A stretch of DNA of 27,580 nt from an uncultured Bacteriovoracaceae bacterium (lineage in GTDB: Bacteria; Bdellovibrionota; Bacteriovoracia; Bacteriovoracales; Bacteriovoracaceae). Shown here in pieces: positions 17,012 to 24,753 of this stretch (its first letter is position 1; each line of letters begins with the position of its first letter). Below the pieces are notes generated by a model. It had not been told where the DNA came from and made no database searches. It was given only the letters and a program-made list of their open reading frames with translations. The position numbers and the translations under genes are program-made. Location of the stretch: the NCBI GenBank assembly GCA_964012805.1, contig CAXGUD010000046.1, positions 1 through 27,580 of the forward strand, read 5' to 3'.

Positions 17012-17542
17012 ATGAGGAAAAGCAATTCTAGTTTTAATTTCAAAAATATACTCACAAAAAGAGTTGCCGCCTTTCTTATTGACCTAGGCTTAATTAAGTA
17101 CATTAACAAAGGGTTTGCCTTATCTTGGGAATCTTTTTTAAAAAGCTTTTTTATTTTACCACCTGAAATTTCACAAAAAATTGGTAACCTCTCAAAAAGT
17201 CTATCAATACTTATACTTCCTCTTATTTTTATTTCCTATTTCACATTCATGCACTTTCTAGGAAATGGAAAAACATTTGGTAAATTTATCTGCCAAATAA
17301 AAATAAAAGAAAATAACGGGGACGCTCCTAGTTTTATAAATTGTCTATTACGAAGCCTAGCCTATTCCCTATGCTTTTTTATTGGCCCCTTCCTTTTCTT
17401 GATCCCCTTCATTACAAAAGATGGCAAAGGAATACAAGACTGGGTTTCCAATACGGCGGTAACAGAAAGTACTAAATTAAAAAAAGAAGATATGCAAAAA
17501 GAAAGACAATTAGAACTTTTTGAAGAAGAGAGGGCCTCTTAA
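17012..17542 (+). CDS. RDD family membrane protein
   Basis: KRVAAFLID, GKTFGKFICQIKI, LLRS, QDWVSNTAV; hydrophilic tail ending QLELFEEERAS. Confidence 0.9.
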   Translation: MRKSNSSFNFKNILTKRVAAFLIDLGLIKYINKGFALSWESFLKSFFILPPEISQKIGNLSKSLSILILPLIFISYFTFMHFLGNGKTFGKFICQIKIKENNGDAPSFINCLLRSLAYSLCFFIGPFLFLIPFITKDGKGIQDWVSNTAVTESTKLKKEDMQKERQLELFEEERAS

Positions 17543-17551
17543 AAAAGGCCC
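17532..17551. terminator. Short hairpin between convergent RDD gene and aspS
   Basis: GGGCCT-N8-AGGCCC; pyrimidine run follows on the minus strand. Confidence 0.45.
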
Positions 17552-17560
17552 ATCACTAAA

Positions 17561-19360
17561 TCAACTTTTCTTATTTATCCAGTTAAAATGCAATTCCTCA
17601 GTTTGATCCTTTGATGGAGATGAGGGTGAGTTTGCCATCAAATCGGAAGCCGAAGTTGTTTTTGGAAAAGCGATAACGTCTCTTATACTGTCAGTTCCTG
17701 CTAACAACATGACAATTCTATCAAATCCAAAAGCAATACCTCCATGAGGAGGAGTTCCATATTGAAGGGCTTCAATAAAAAACCCAAATTGCCTCAAAGC
17801 TTCCTCTTCTGAAAACCCAAGGGCCTTAAACATATCGCTTTGAACACCTTGGTCGTGGATTCTTATAGATCCACCACCTAATTCATAGCCATTACAAACA
17901 ACATCATAAGCTTCAGCTAAAATATCTTTAAGAGGACCATTCTCATCATCAACTTTTCCAGACTTAAGCCACTCTAGATGCTCTTGTTTTGGCATAGTGA
18001 ATGGGTGATGCATGGATGTGTATCTTTTAGCTTTAGGGTTCCACTCTAAAAGAGGAAAATCATGAATCCAAAGGAAGCTATACCCTGGCCTTATAAGGTC
18101 AAATTTCTTTCCTAGAAAGCGCCTTACAGCATCAGCAGAGTTATGAACGACCATATCAGAAAGGTCAGCAAAGAACATCCAAACCCCATCTCCTTTTTCT
18201 AAGGATTCAAGCTTAGACATCATTTCATTATCTATAAACTTTGAAATCCCGCCACTTCTTTTTCCATCTTGGACCTTGAAAAAAGCGACTCCTTTTCCTC
18301 CATGAGGCTTCACAATATCAACAAAACCATCAAGGTCTTTACGGGATAAAGAACCTTTATCTGAGCCTAAAAACATTGCCTTAATAAGACCATTCTCACT
18401 TGATACTTTTTGAAAAGTTGCAAAGTTACTTTCTTTAAACAAAGAAGTTACATTGTAGTGAAAAAGGTCAAAACGATTATCTGGCTTATCGCTTCCATAT
18501 TTTTCTAAAGCTTCTTTATAAGTCATAGACTCTAATGAAAAATCATCAGCCATTGAAAATAATTTCTTCATTAATTTTGTGGCCAAAGCTTTTATAGAAT
18601 CGGTCGTAACAAAAGAGGCTTCTATATCTATCTGTGTGAACTCTGGTTGCCTATCGGCTCTTAAATCTTCATCTCTAAAACAGCGAGACATTTGAAAGTA
18701 TCGATCAGTACATCCAACCATTAGAAGCTGTTTTAGAGTCTGGGGAGACTGAGGTAGAGCATAAACCTGGCCTGGATGGACACGGCTTGGAACGATGTAG
18801 TCTCTCGCCCCTTCTGGCGTTGATTTATAAAGAATAGGAGTTTCTACTTCTACAAATTCTTCTCCCATCAAAACCTCTCTTACCTCAAGAGACTTTTTTG
18901 ACCTTAAAGCAAGAATATTTTGAAGCTTAGGACCCCTTAAATCCAAATATCTATACCTCAAGCGAAGATCTTCTGTAGCTTCTTTTGCACCTAGGGGTAA
19001 AAAAGGAAGCTTATCTTTATCAGAAATTGATAGAATTCGAAACTCGCTCACCTGAACTTCAACATAACCCGTATCCATTTTCTTGTTGATTGCTGGCTCA
19101 GGCCTTTTACAAACTTTCCCCTTAGCATAAACCACAGACTCTAAAGAGATATCTTTTAAAACTTGGAGGTCACCTTCATAGCTTGCAAAACCTAACTGAG
19201 TTAAACCATGCTTATCTCTCAAGTCGACAAAATGAAGTCCACCCAAGTTTCTATATTTATTTATCCATCCGCAAAGAGTTACTTCCTCTCCAACATTGCT
19301 ATCTCTCAATTGTCCACAGGTGTGAGTTCTCATGAGTCCTGGTAAATTATCCATTGCCAT
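17561..19360 (-). CDS. aspS: Aspartate--tRNA ligase
   Basis: RTHTCGQLR, RLRYRYLDLR, STPEGARDY, FRDEDLRADRQPEFTQID, PPHGGIAFGFDR, GAD insertion. Confidence 0.98.
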   Translation of the reverse strand: MAMDNLPGLMRTHTCGQLRDSNVGEEVTLCGWINKYRNLGGLHFVDLRDKHGLTQLGFASYEGDLQVLKDISLESVVYAKGKVCKRPEPAINKKMDTGYVEVQVSEFRILSISDKDKLPFLPLGAKEATEDLRLRYRYLDLRGPKLQNILALRSKKSLEVREVLMGEEFVEVETPILYKSTPEGARDYIVPSRVHPGQVYALPQSPQTLKQLLMVGCTDRYFQMSRCFRDEDLRADRQPEFTQIDIEASFVTTDSIKALATKLMKKLFSMADDFSLESMTYKEALEKYGSDKPDNRFDLFHYNVTSLFKESNFATFQKVSSENGLIKAMFLGSDKGSLSRKDLDGFVDIVKPHGGKGVAFFKVQDGKRSGGISKFIDNEMMSKLESLEKGDGVWMFFADLSDMVVHNSADAVRRFLGKKFDLIRPGYSFLWIHDFPLLEWNPKAKRYTSMHHPFTMPKQEHLEWLKSGKVDDENGPLKDILAEAYDVVCNGYELGGGSIRIHDQGVQSDMFKALGFSEEEALRQFGFFIEALQYGTPPHGGIAFGFDRIVMLLAGTDSIRDVIAFPKTTSASDLMANSPSSPSKDQTEELHFNWINKKS

Positions 19361-19389
19361 CCCTTTTAAAACTGGGTTAGATTGCTGTT

Positions 19390-19965
19390 ATGCGTATTTA
19401 TATACATCAAATCACAAAGAAGCTCATTAAAAAAAGGAACTCAAAAAGCCTTTTAATGATAGCCGCATCCATTCTCTGTTTGACACTAACAAGTTGCACA
19501 AAGCAAACTCTTTTAGAACTCTTTAATAAAAGAGATCCTTTGGAGACTGCAAAGATTAAACTTCCCTCTGGAGAGGTTATTAGAGTGAAGCTTGCGCTTA
19601 CAGAGGAAGAAAAAACAAAAGGGCTTAGTGGAGTCTCTGAAAATCAATTTAAAAAAGATGAAGGACTTCTATTTTTTTATTCAAAAAGAGGAAGAAGGTC
19701 GTTTTGGATGCCTGATACCTATTTTCCATTGGACCTCTTTTTCTTAGATAAAAAGCTTAAAATCGTCGATATCGTTAGAAATCTCCCGAATCACCCGGGC
19801 TTCCAGGAGCCCCCTCCAATTCCTAGGGCCAGAACGGTATTCGCTTTCCATGTTCTTGAAATGAGAAGCGACTCTCATTTGGCAAAAAAGCTAAGCCATG
19901 GGGATCAACTTCAATGGCTTTCTTCTATTTCCCTTTCTGAAATAGAATCAAAAATTCGTCCTTAG
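19390..19965 (+). CDS. DUF192 family lipoprotein
   Basis: GLLFFY, SFWMPDTYFPLDLFFLD, HVLEM, GDQL; lipobox LTSC suggests the real start is ATG 19456. Confidence 0.88.
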   Translation: MRIYIHQITKKLIKKRNSKSLLMIAASILCLTLTSCTKQTLLELFNKRDPLETAKIKLPSGEVIRVKLALTEEEKTKGLSGVSENQFKKDEGLLFFYSKRGRRSFWMPDTYFPLDLFFLDKKLKIVDIVRNLPNHPGFQEPPPIPRARTVFAFHVLEMRSDSHLAKKLSHGDQLQWLSSISLSEIESKIRP

Positions 19966-20911
19966 AAATAAAGCCCAAATGGTCCCTAACCAACTTTTTT
20001 TGATGGAATTTGTTATTTTTGATTAGGTTAATTTTCCTTTTTAAATCCAACTTGTGATCGTGCAAGTATGATAGTTTTTGTACTTTTTTTTCATAGTTTT
20101 TTTTCTGAGAAAAATAATCCAACACACCACGATCTGATAGAACAAGTCTTCCCAAAAGAAGAAAACAAACTAACCAAGATAACTTTTTAAAAAGCCTTAA
20201 CCATTTCTCCTTTGGGCCCAAAAAACTTTTTATTCCATCAATCCTTCTTTGAATAAATTCAGGAACCTTGAAAGTTTTTTTTTGCTGGTCTAAACGACCT
20301 GTCCGAGGTGGCCTGACAACTTCTTTTTTCGCACCTTCAAGGCTATGCTTTTTTGGTATTTCCCTTGTTTGCTTCTCTCGCCGAAGATTTCCCTGTGTAG
20401 CTTCAGCTCTCCTTGGAGGAGGTGGAGATGGCGGCATTGACCTGTCTCTTGCTTGTTGTCTTTGGGTTGACCTCATGGGTCTTTTTGGTCTACTACTTCT
20501 TTGGGTTCTAGGAGGAGTTGCTTGATTATATGACCTCTCACGTGGAGGCTCTTCAAAATCTTCCTCTTCAAAATCATCTTCTTCATCATAAACATCGAAG
20601 TCATCAAAGTTTTCTACTTCTTCTAAAGTATCTCTAAGATGATCAGGGTGCTTTGAAGGCATGGCCGTAGGTGCATGCGAGGGTGATCTTCTTGGAGGAA
20701 TCCTCCTCTGAGGGACCTGCCGATTTTGCTCAACTCTGGCAGTTCTCTTTGGGTTTTCCCGTGGTGGAGGTGGAGTTATTATAGCTTGATTAGAAGGCTG
20801 AGGGTTTTTCTTTGCTCTTTTAGCTCTGTTTCTTTCTATAGCCTTCCTCAGCCTATCTCCACTTGGAGAGAGACTTCCAGGGCCATGAGATGTCCGTAGA
20901 GATTGTTCCAA
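19925..20911 (-). CDS. FtsB/DivIC-like septum formation initiator with long disordered N-terminus
   Basis: TM (WLVCFLLLGRLVLS), DRGVLDY, coiled coil, LVRDHLGFISKDEFLI matching the DivIC-type AR..LG....E motif; TTG start. Confidence 0.75.
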   Translation of the reverse strand: MEQSLRTSHGPGSLSPSGDRLRKAIERNRAKRAKKNPQPSNQAIITPPPPRENPKRTARVEQNRQVPQRRIPPRRSPSHAPTAMPSKHPDHLRDTLEEVENFDDFDVYDEEDDFEEEDFEEPPRERSYNQATPPRTQRSSRPKRPMRSTQRQQARDRSMPPSPPPPRRAEATQGNLRREKQTREIPKKHSLEGAKKEVVRPPRTGRLDQQKKTFKVPEFIQRRIDGIKSFLGPKEKWLRLFKKLSWLVCFLLLGRLVLSDRGVLDYFSQKKNYEKKVQKLSYLHDHKLDLKRKINLIKNNKFHQKKLVRDHLGFISKDEFLILFQKGK

Positions 20912-21015
20912 AAAATTACTTCCTGCAAATTTTTCTAAACTTCCTGTCCTGAGTATTCTACCAAGATTAAAATTTTACACAATTAAAATAATAATACAGT
21001 TAAACCATTGGCTAT

Positions 21016-21237
21016 TTAGAACAAGCTGGCGACCATTTGAAGTAAAATCATCACAACAAGGGGGGAAAGGTCAAAGGGTAAGTCCTGAGGCATAAACTCT
21101 CTAACTGGTTTGCAAGTAAAGTCAGCTAACTTCTTTATCTGTTCTCTCCACTCTGCACCCCTAAACTGTGGCAAATAACTTAAAACAACATCGGCTATAA
21201 TTACAAAAACATAGGCTTCAATTAGAAACTTTATCAT
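21016..21237 (-). CDS. yggT: YggT family membrane protein
   Basis: VVLSYLP, TCKPVREFMP, FDLSPLVV; SD GAGG. Confidence 0.9.
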   Translation of the reverse strand: MIKFLIEAYVFVIIADVVLSYLPQFRGAEWREQIKKLADFTCKPVREFMPQDLPFDLSPLVVMILLQMVASLF

Positions 21238-21340
21238 CAGTACCCAACCTCTCTTAGACCAAACATCACACCATCTTCGTTGCAGATGTTCCTTTTTTTC
21301 AAGACTTTGCGCACAATAGCCACTCGAGTAACTGGAATTC

Positions 21341-21369
21341 TTGACTTAGAATAACTTTTTGATAAAAAT
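21341..21369 (+). promoter_or_regulatory. sigma70-like promoter for the tRNA
   Basis: TTGACT-N17-AAAAAT followed by GGGC, 15 nt before the tRNA. Confidence 0.45.
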
Positions 21370-21384
21370 GGGCTTCTTTTCCAT

Positions 21385-21460
21385 GGTCCTATAGTTAAAT
21401 CGGATATAACAGAGCTTTCCTAAAGCTCAGTCAGGGGTTCGAATCCCTTTGGGACCACCA
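21385..21460 (+). tRNA. tRNA-Arg(CCT)
   Basis: Acceptor GGTCCTA/TGGGACC, D arm GTTA/TAAC with A20, anticodon arm GAGCT-TTCCTAA-AGCTC, T arm AGGGG-TTCGAAT-CCCTT, encoded CCA. Confidence 0.97.
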
Positions 21461-21485
21461 TTTTCTCTAATCACCATATTTTAAA

Positions 21486-22622
21486 TTAACCACTATTTTT
21501 AGGAAGAATAATTGTAAACTCACTGCCTTCTCCAAACTTACTTTTCACCTCTATGCGGCCTCCATGAGCATCGACAATCTGCTTCGCAATATTTAAACCT
21601 AAGCCCAAACCTGGCTTTTCGTGATGTTCGTTTTCAACTCGACTAAAGTGCTCGAAGATGTAATCTAGTTTATCTTTTTCTATTCCTATTCCTGTGTCAG
21701 CTACGGTTATTAAGACCTCTCCTTTGGTTATTTTACAAAAAACCTTTACATGACCAACTTCAGTAAACTTCAGGGCATTATTGATAAGGTTAACTAGACA
21801 ATTCCTAAGCCTTGCTTCATCGATAATAAAGTTCTCACTTTTATCACAAAGTGATAGCTGATAATTTATATTCAATTTTTCTTTAGCAATAGGTACTGCT
21901 ATTAAATATGTATCTTTCAAAAATTCATTTACATCCAAATTATCTTTTCTAAGAACAATTTCATTTTTATTAAGCTCAACAGAGGTTATAAGATCCTGAA
22001 CCAATGAATTCATTAGCCTTGCATTCTTTCCAATAATTTTAAGAAACTCTTTTCCATCTTCAGAAACACTGCCAGAATCTTCAATCAGTTGATAAAAGCC
22101 TAAAATTGATGACAAGGGAGTTTTTAGTTCATGAGACACATTAGAAATAAAGCTATCTCTAATTTCGTTGTTAAAATACTTTTCTGAAAGATTTCTTGCC
22201 AATTGAATAATTTCAAAGCGGTGAAAAGGCTTTTTCAAGTAGAGAAACTTCTCTCTTTGCCTTGTTGACTTAAAAATTTTTTCAATAACTTTGTCAAAGT
22301 GGGCAGTAACAACAACTATTTCGATTTTAGAATCAATATCATGGATGCTTTTTACAACTTCATAGCCACTAATGCCTGATGACATCTTTAAGTCGACAAA
22401 ACAAACATGAATACAATCGCCTTCTTCCTTTTTTTTACGGACCAAAGAGAGACCACCCTCTCCACTTAACGATGTGTAAACAAAAAAGTTATCAATTAAT
22501 TCAACCTGGCTTGATAATTCTTTACTTTGTCTTTTGTCCCTATCCATATGCTCTTGAAAAAAAGCTTTATAATTTTCTAAGATTTCTGACTCATCATCAA
22601 TAAATAGTAAGTTTCTCTTCAC
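21486..22622 (-). CDS. Cytoplasmic hybrid histidine kinase (REC-HisKA-HATPase)
   Basis: LLFIDDE, FVDLKM, VTAH, KKPF receiver; SHELKTPL H-box; NLINNALKF, DTGIG, GLGLGL. Confidence 0.93.
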   Translation of the reverse strand: MKRNLLFIDDESEILENYKAFFQEHMDRDKRQSKELSSQVELIDNFFVYTSLSGEGGLSLVRKKKEEGDCIHVCFVDLKMSSGISGYEVVKSIHDIDSKIEIVVVTAHFDKVIEKIFKSTRQREKFLYLKKPFHRFEIIQLARNLSEKYFNNEIRDSFISNVSHELKTPLSSILGFYQLIEDSGSVSEDGKEFLKIIGKNARLMNSLVQDLITSVELNKNEIVLRKDNLDVNEFLKDTYLIAVPIAKEKLNINYQLSLCDKSENFIIDEARLRNCLVNLINNALKFTEVGHVKVFCKITKGEVLITVADTGIGIEKDKLDYIFEHFSRVENEHHEKPGLGLGLNIAKQIVDAHGGRIEVKSKFGEGSEFTIILPKNSG

Positions 22623-22720
22623 TTTTTATAACCTTAAGAAAAAGATAACAAAATAATCCTTTGCTAAAAAGGTTCCCCTATTTTAACAGCTAATTTTTCA
22701 AGAATAAAAAGTAATTGGTT

Positions 22721-23398
22721 CTAAGAAGCTTTTTTAATTAGCCTATAGCCTTCGGAGTAAACGGACTTTATTGAAAATTCAGATTCTTTAATCTTTTTTC
22801 TTATTGTAGAGATATGGGTGTCTACAATTCTTTCGTTTACATCATGACCTTCTATTTTAATTAGATCTAAAATCATATTCCTCTTAACCACATCCCCTTT
22901 ATTTTGAGCAAGAGTCGTGAGGATCTTAAACTCGCTTGATGTAAGAGATACATGTGTGCCAGCAATTTTGACCTCTTGTCTTGAAAGATCTATTTGTAAG
23001 TTCTCCAAAGAAATAATTTCTCCCCTTTCACCAGTTAAATTGGAAAAAACGCCGTCGACAATAACTGACAATTCATAAGGTTCAAAAGGCTTTTCTATAT
23101 AATTTATAGCGCCTAATTTATAGCCAATTGACCGTGAGGGACTACCAACTTTTGCTGAAAGGAAAATTATTGGAATATTTTTAGAGTGATCTTTAAGTTT
23201 TAGCTCAGAGGCAATATTATAACCATCCATATCAGGTAGCATGATATCTAGAATCAACAGATCAGGGGAAAAGTTCTGTATTTCATTTAAACAACCTTTT
23301 CCGGTCGATTCCAGCTTTACCTCATAACTTTTTTTCAAGGTCTCACTAACTAATCGTCTAATATCTGGATTGTCATCAACAACAAGGATTTTTTTCAT
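22721..23398 (-). CDS. OmpR/PhoB family response regulator
   Basis: ILVVDD, LDIMLP, KPF, LTSSEFKIL, VDTHISTIRKKI, SVYSEGY. Confidence 0.95.
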   Translation of the reverse strand: MKKILVVDDNPDIRRLVSETLKKSYEVKLESTGKGCLNEIQNFSPDLLILDIMLPDMDGYNIASELKLKDHSKNIPIIFLSAKVGSPSRSIGYKLGAINYIEKPFEPYELSVIVDGVFSNLTGERGEIISLENLQIDLSRQEVKIAGTHVSLTSSEFKILTTLAQNKGDVVKRNMILDLIKIEGHDVNERIVDTHISTIRKKIKESEFSIKSVYSEGYRLIKKAS

Positions 23399-23404
23399 GC
23401 CTCC

Positions 23405-23432
23405 ATTATAGATTGAAGAAAATTTTCTTCAA
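23405..23432 (-). promoter_or_regulatory. sigma70-like promoter overlapped by a perfect 20-bp palindrome
   Basis: TTGAAG-N16-TATAAT; palindrome TTGAAGAAAATTTTCTTCAA at 23413-23432. Confidence 0.65.
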
Positions 23433-23471
23433 AGACTTTTTTAAGTAATCTTCAATTTTCAATTCATTAAC

Positions 23472-23990
23472 CTAAAGAAAATCTATCTCTTTTTTGTAAA
23501 TTTCCAGTGTAGATTTATCAAAACAACAAAAAATCACTTTTTTTACACTGGTTGAATCTGGACTATTTAGGAGGCCGTAAATTGTTTTTATAGCAACCTT
23601 ACAAGCTTCTTTTTTTGGATATCCATAAATTCCAGTGCTTATTGCAGGAAAGGCAACTGTCCTAATTCCATTTTTTAAACAAAGTTTTAAGGTGGACTCA
23701 TAACAGTTTTGAAGAAACTTTTCTTCTCCCTTACTACCTCCTCTCCAAACAGGACCTACTGTGTGAATGACATGAAGTGCATTTAAATTATAACCTTTAG
23801 TTATCTTTGCCTCACCCGTCGAACACCCTCCTAAACCCCGGCACTCTTCCAAAAGTTCTTTACCGGCAGCTCTGTGGATAGCTCCATCAACACCCCCTCC
23901 CCCCAAGAGCGTTTCATTTGCTGCATTAACTATGGCATCAACTTCGAGAGTTGTAATGTCTCCTAAAATGGCCTCTAATCTTTCTTTCAA
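23472..23990 (-). CDS. ymdB: Macrodomain protein (YmdB-like O-acetyl-ADP-ribose deacetylase / ADP-ribosylhydrolase)
   Basis: GDIT, VNAAN, GGGGVDGAIH, HTVGP, PAISTGIYGYP. Start placed at TTG 23990 (SD AAGGAG); the ORF track begins at 24014. Confidence 0.92.
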   Translation of the reverse strand: MKERLEAILGDITTLEVDAIVNAANETLLGGGGVDGAIHRAAGKELLEECRGLGGCSTGEAKITKGYNLNALHVIHTVGPVWRGGSKGEEKFLQNCYESTLKLCLKNGIRTVAFPAISTGIYGYPKKEACKVAIKTIYGLLNSPDSTSVKKVIFCCFDKSTLEIYKKEIDFL

Positions 23991-24216
23991 TTTTTTTCTC
24001 CTTAATCCATACACCTTAAAAAAGGCATCAAATACAAAGAATCATATTGAAGTTTTTTTATTTAAACAAAAGTTATAAATTATGAGGCAAAAACGCATAG
24101 CAAAACAAAAAACTGCACTAAAAGAAGCTCCGCAGTGTTTACACACCTACTTAAAGAAAAGTATGAGAATTTAGTCTGGTTTATTTTATATTTGGTAGAA
24201 AAAAAAGGCCCTTTTT

Positions 24217-24753
24217 ATGATTCGTCAAAACCTTGCTGCTTTTTCTGTTATCGGTCTTATAAGTGGAGCTGCCATCACTTTTCTTTTTTGGCTCATTTAC
24301 TTCATGAATCCAGTTGAAGTTGGCCCAACCAACTTAGTTAAGAACCTGCCTTATTTAAATGCTTTTCTTAATTCTTGTAGTGCTATTTGCCTATTTTTAG
24401 GAGTGAGGTCCATAAAAAATGGTGATAAAGAAAAGCATATTAAGTTAATGATAAGTTCTTTAATTTTTTCAGCAGTCTTCCTTTTAAGCTACATTACCTA
24501 TCATACACTCCATGGAGACACCAAGTTTTTAGCAACAGGTGCAATTAGGCCTATCTATTTTTTCATCCTTATTTCACACATTGTTCTCTCCATTGGAGCT
24601 CTTCCTATGGTTTTAGGTACCTTCTATTTGGGTTGGCAAAAGAAATGGGAAACTCATAAAAAGCTGGCCAAATGGACTTACCCCATTTGGCTTTATGTTT
24701 CTGTTACGGGTGTTCTAGTCGTTGCAATTTTGAAAATATTCCAACCGGCTTAA
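24217..24753 (+). CDS. DUF420 family membrane protein
   Basis: LPYLNAFLN, HIKLM, FLLSYITYH, YFFILISHIVL, HKKLAKWTYPIWLYVSVTG. Confidence 0.92.
   Translation: MIRQNLAAFSVIGLISGAAITFLFWLIYFMNPVEVGPTNLVKNLPYLNAFLNSCSAICLFLGVRSIKNGDKEKHIKLMISSLIFSAVFLLSYITYHTLHGDTKFLATGAIRPIYFFILISHIVLSIGALPMVLGTFYLGWQKKWETHKKLAKWTYPIWLYVSVTGVLVVAILKIFQPA

Noticed and set aside
19925..19965. 41-nt convergent overlap of DUF192 and ftsB-like genes (also the 4-nt DUF420/alaS overlap)
   Set aside because: Common in compact AT-rich genomes; no evidence of function.
9824..24014. TerB and macrodomain genes as an anti-phage or toxin-antitoxin system
   Set aside because: They are far apart with no ADP-ribosyltransferase, sirtuin or ter-cluster partners; the macrodomain is a plain YmdB type.
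21385..24753. Genomic island integrated at tRNA-Arg
   Set aside because: No integrase, no duplicated tRNA 3' end that I could find, and no obvious compositional shift.
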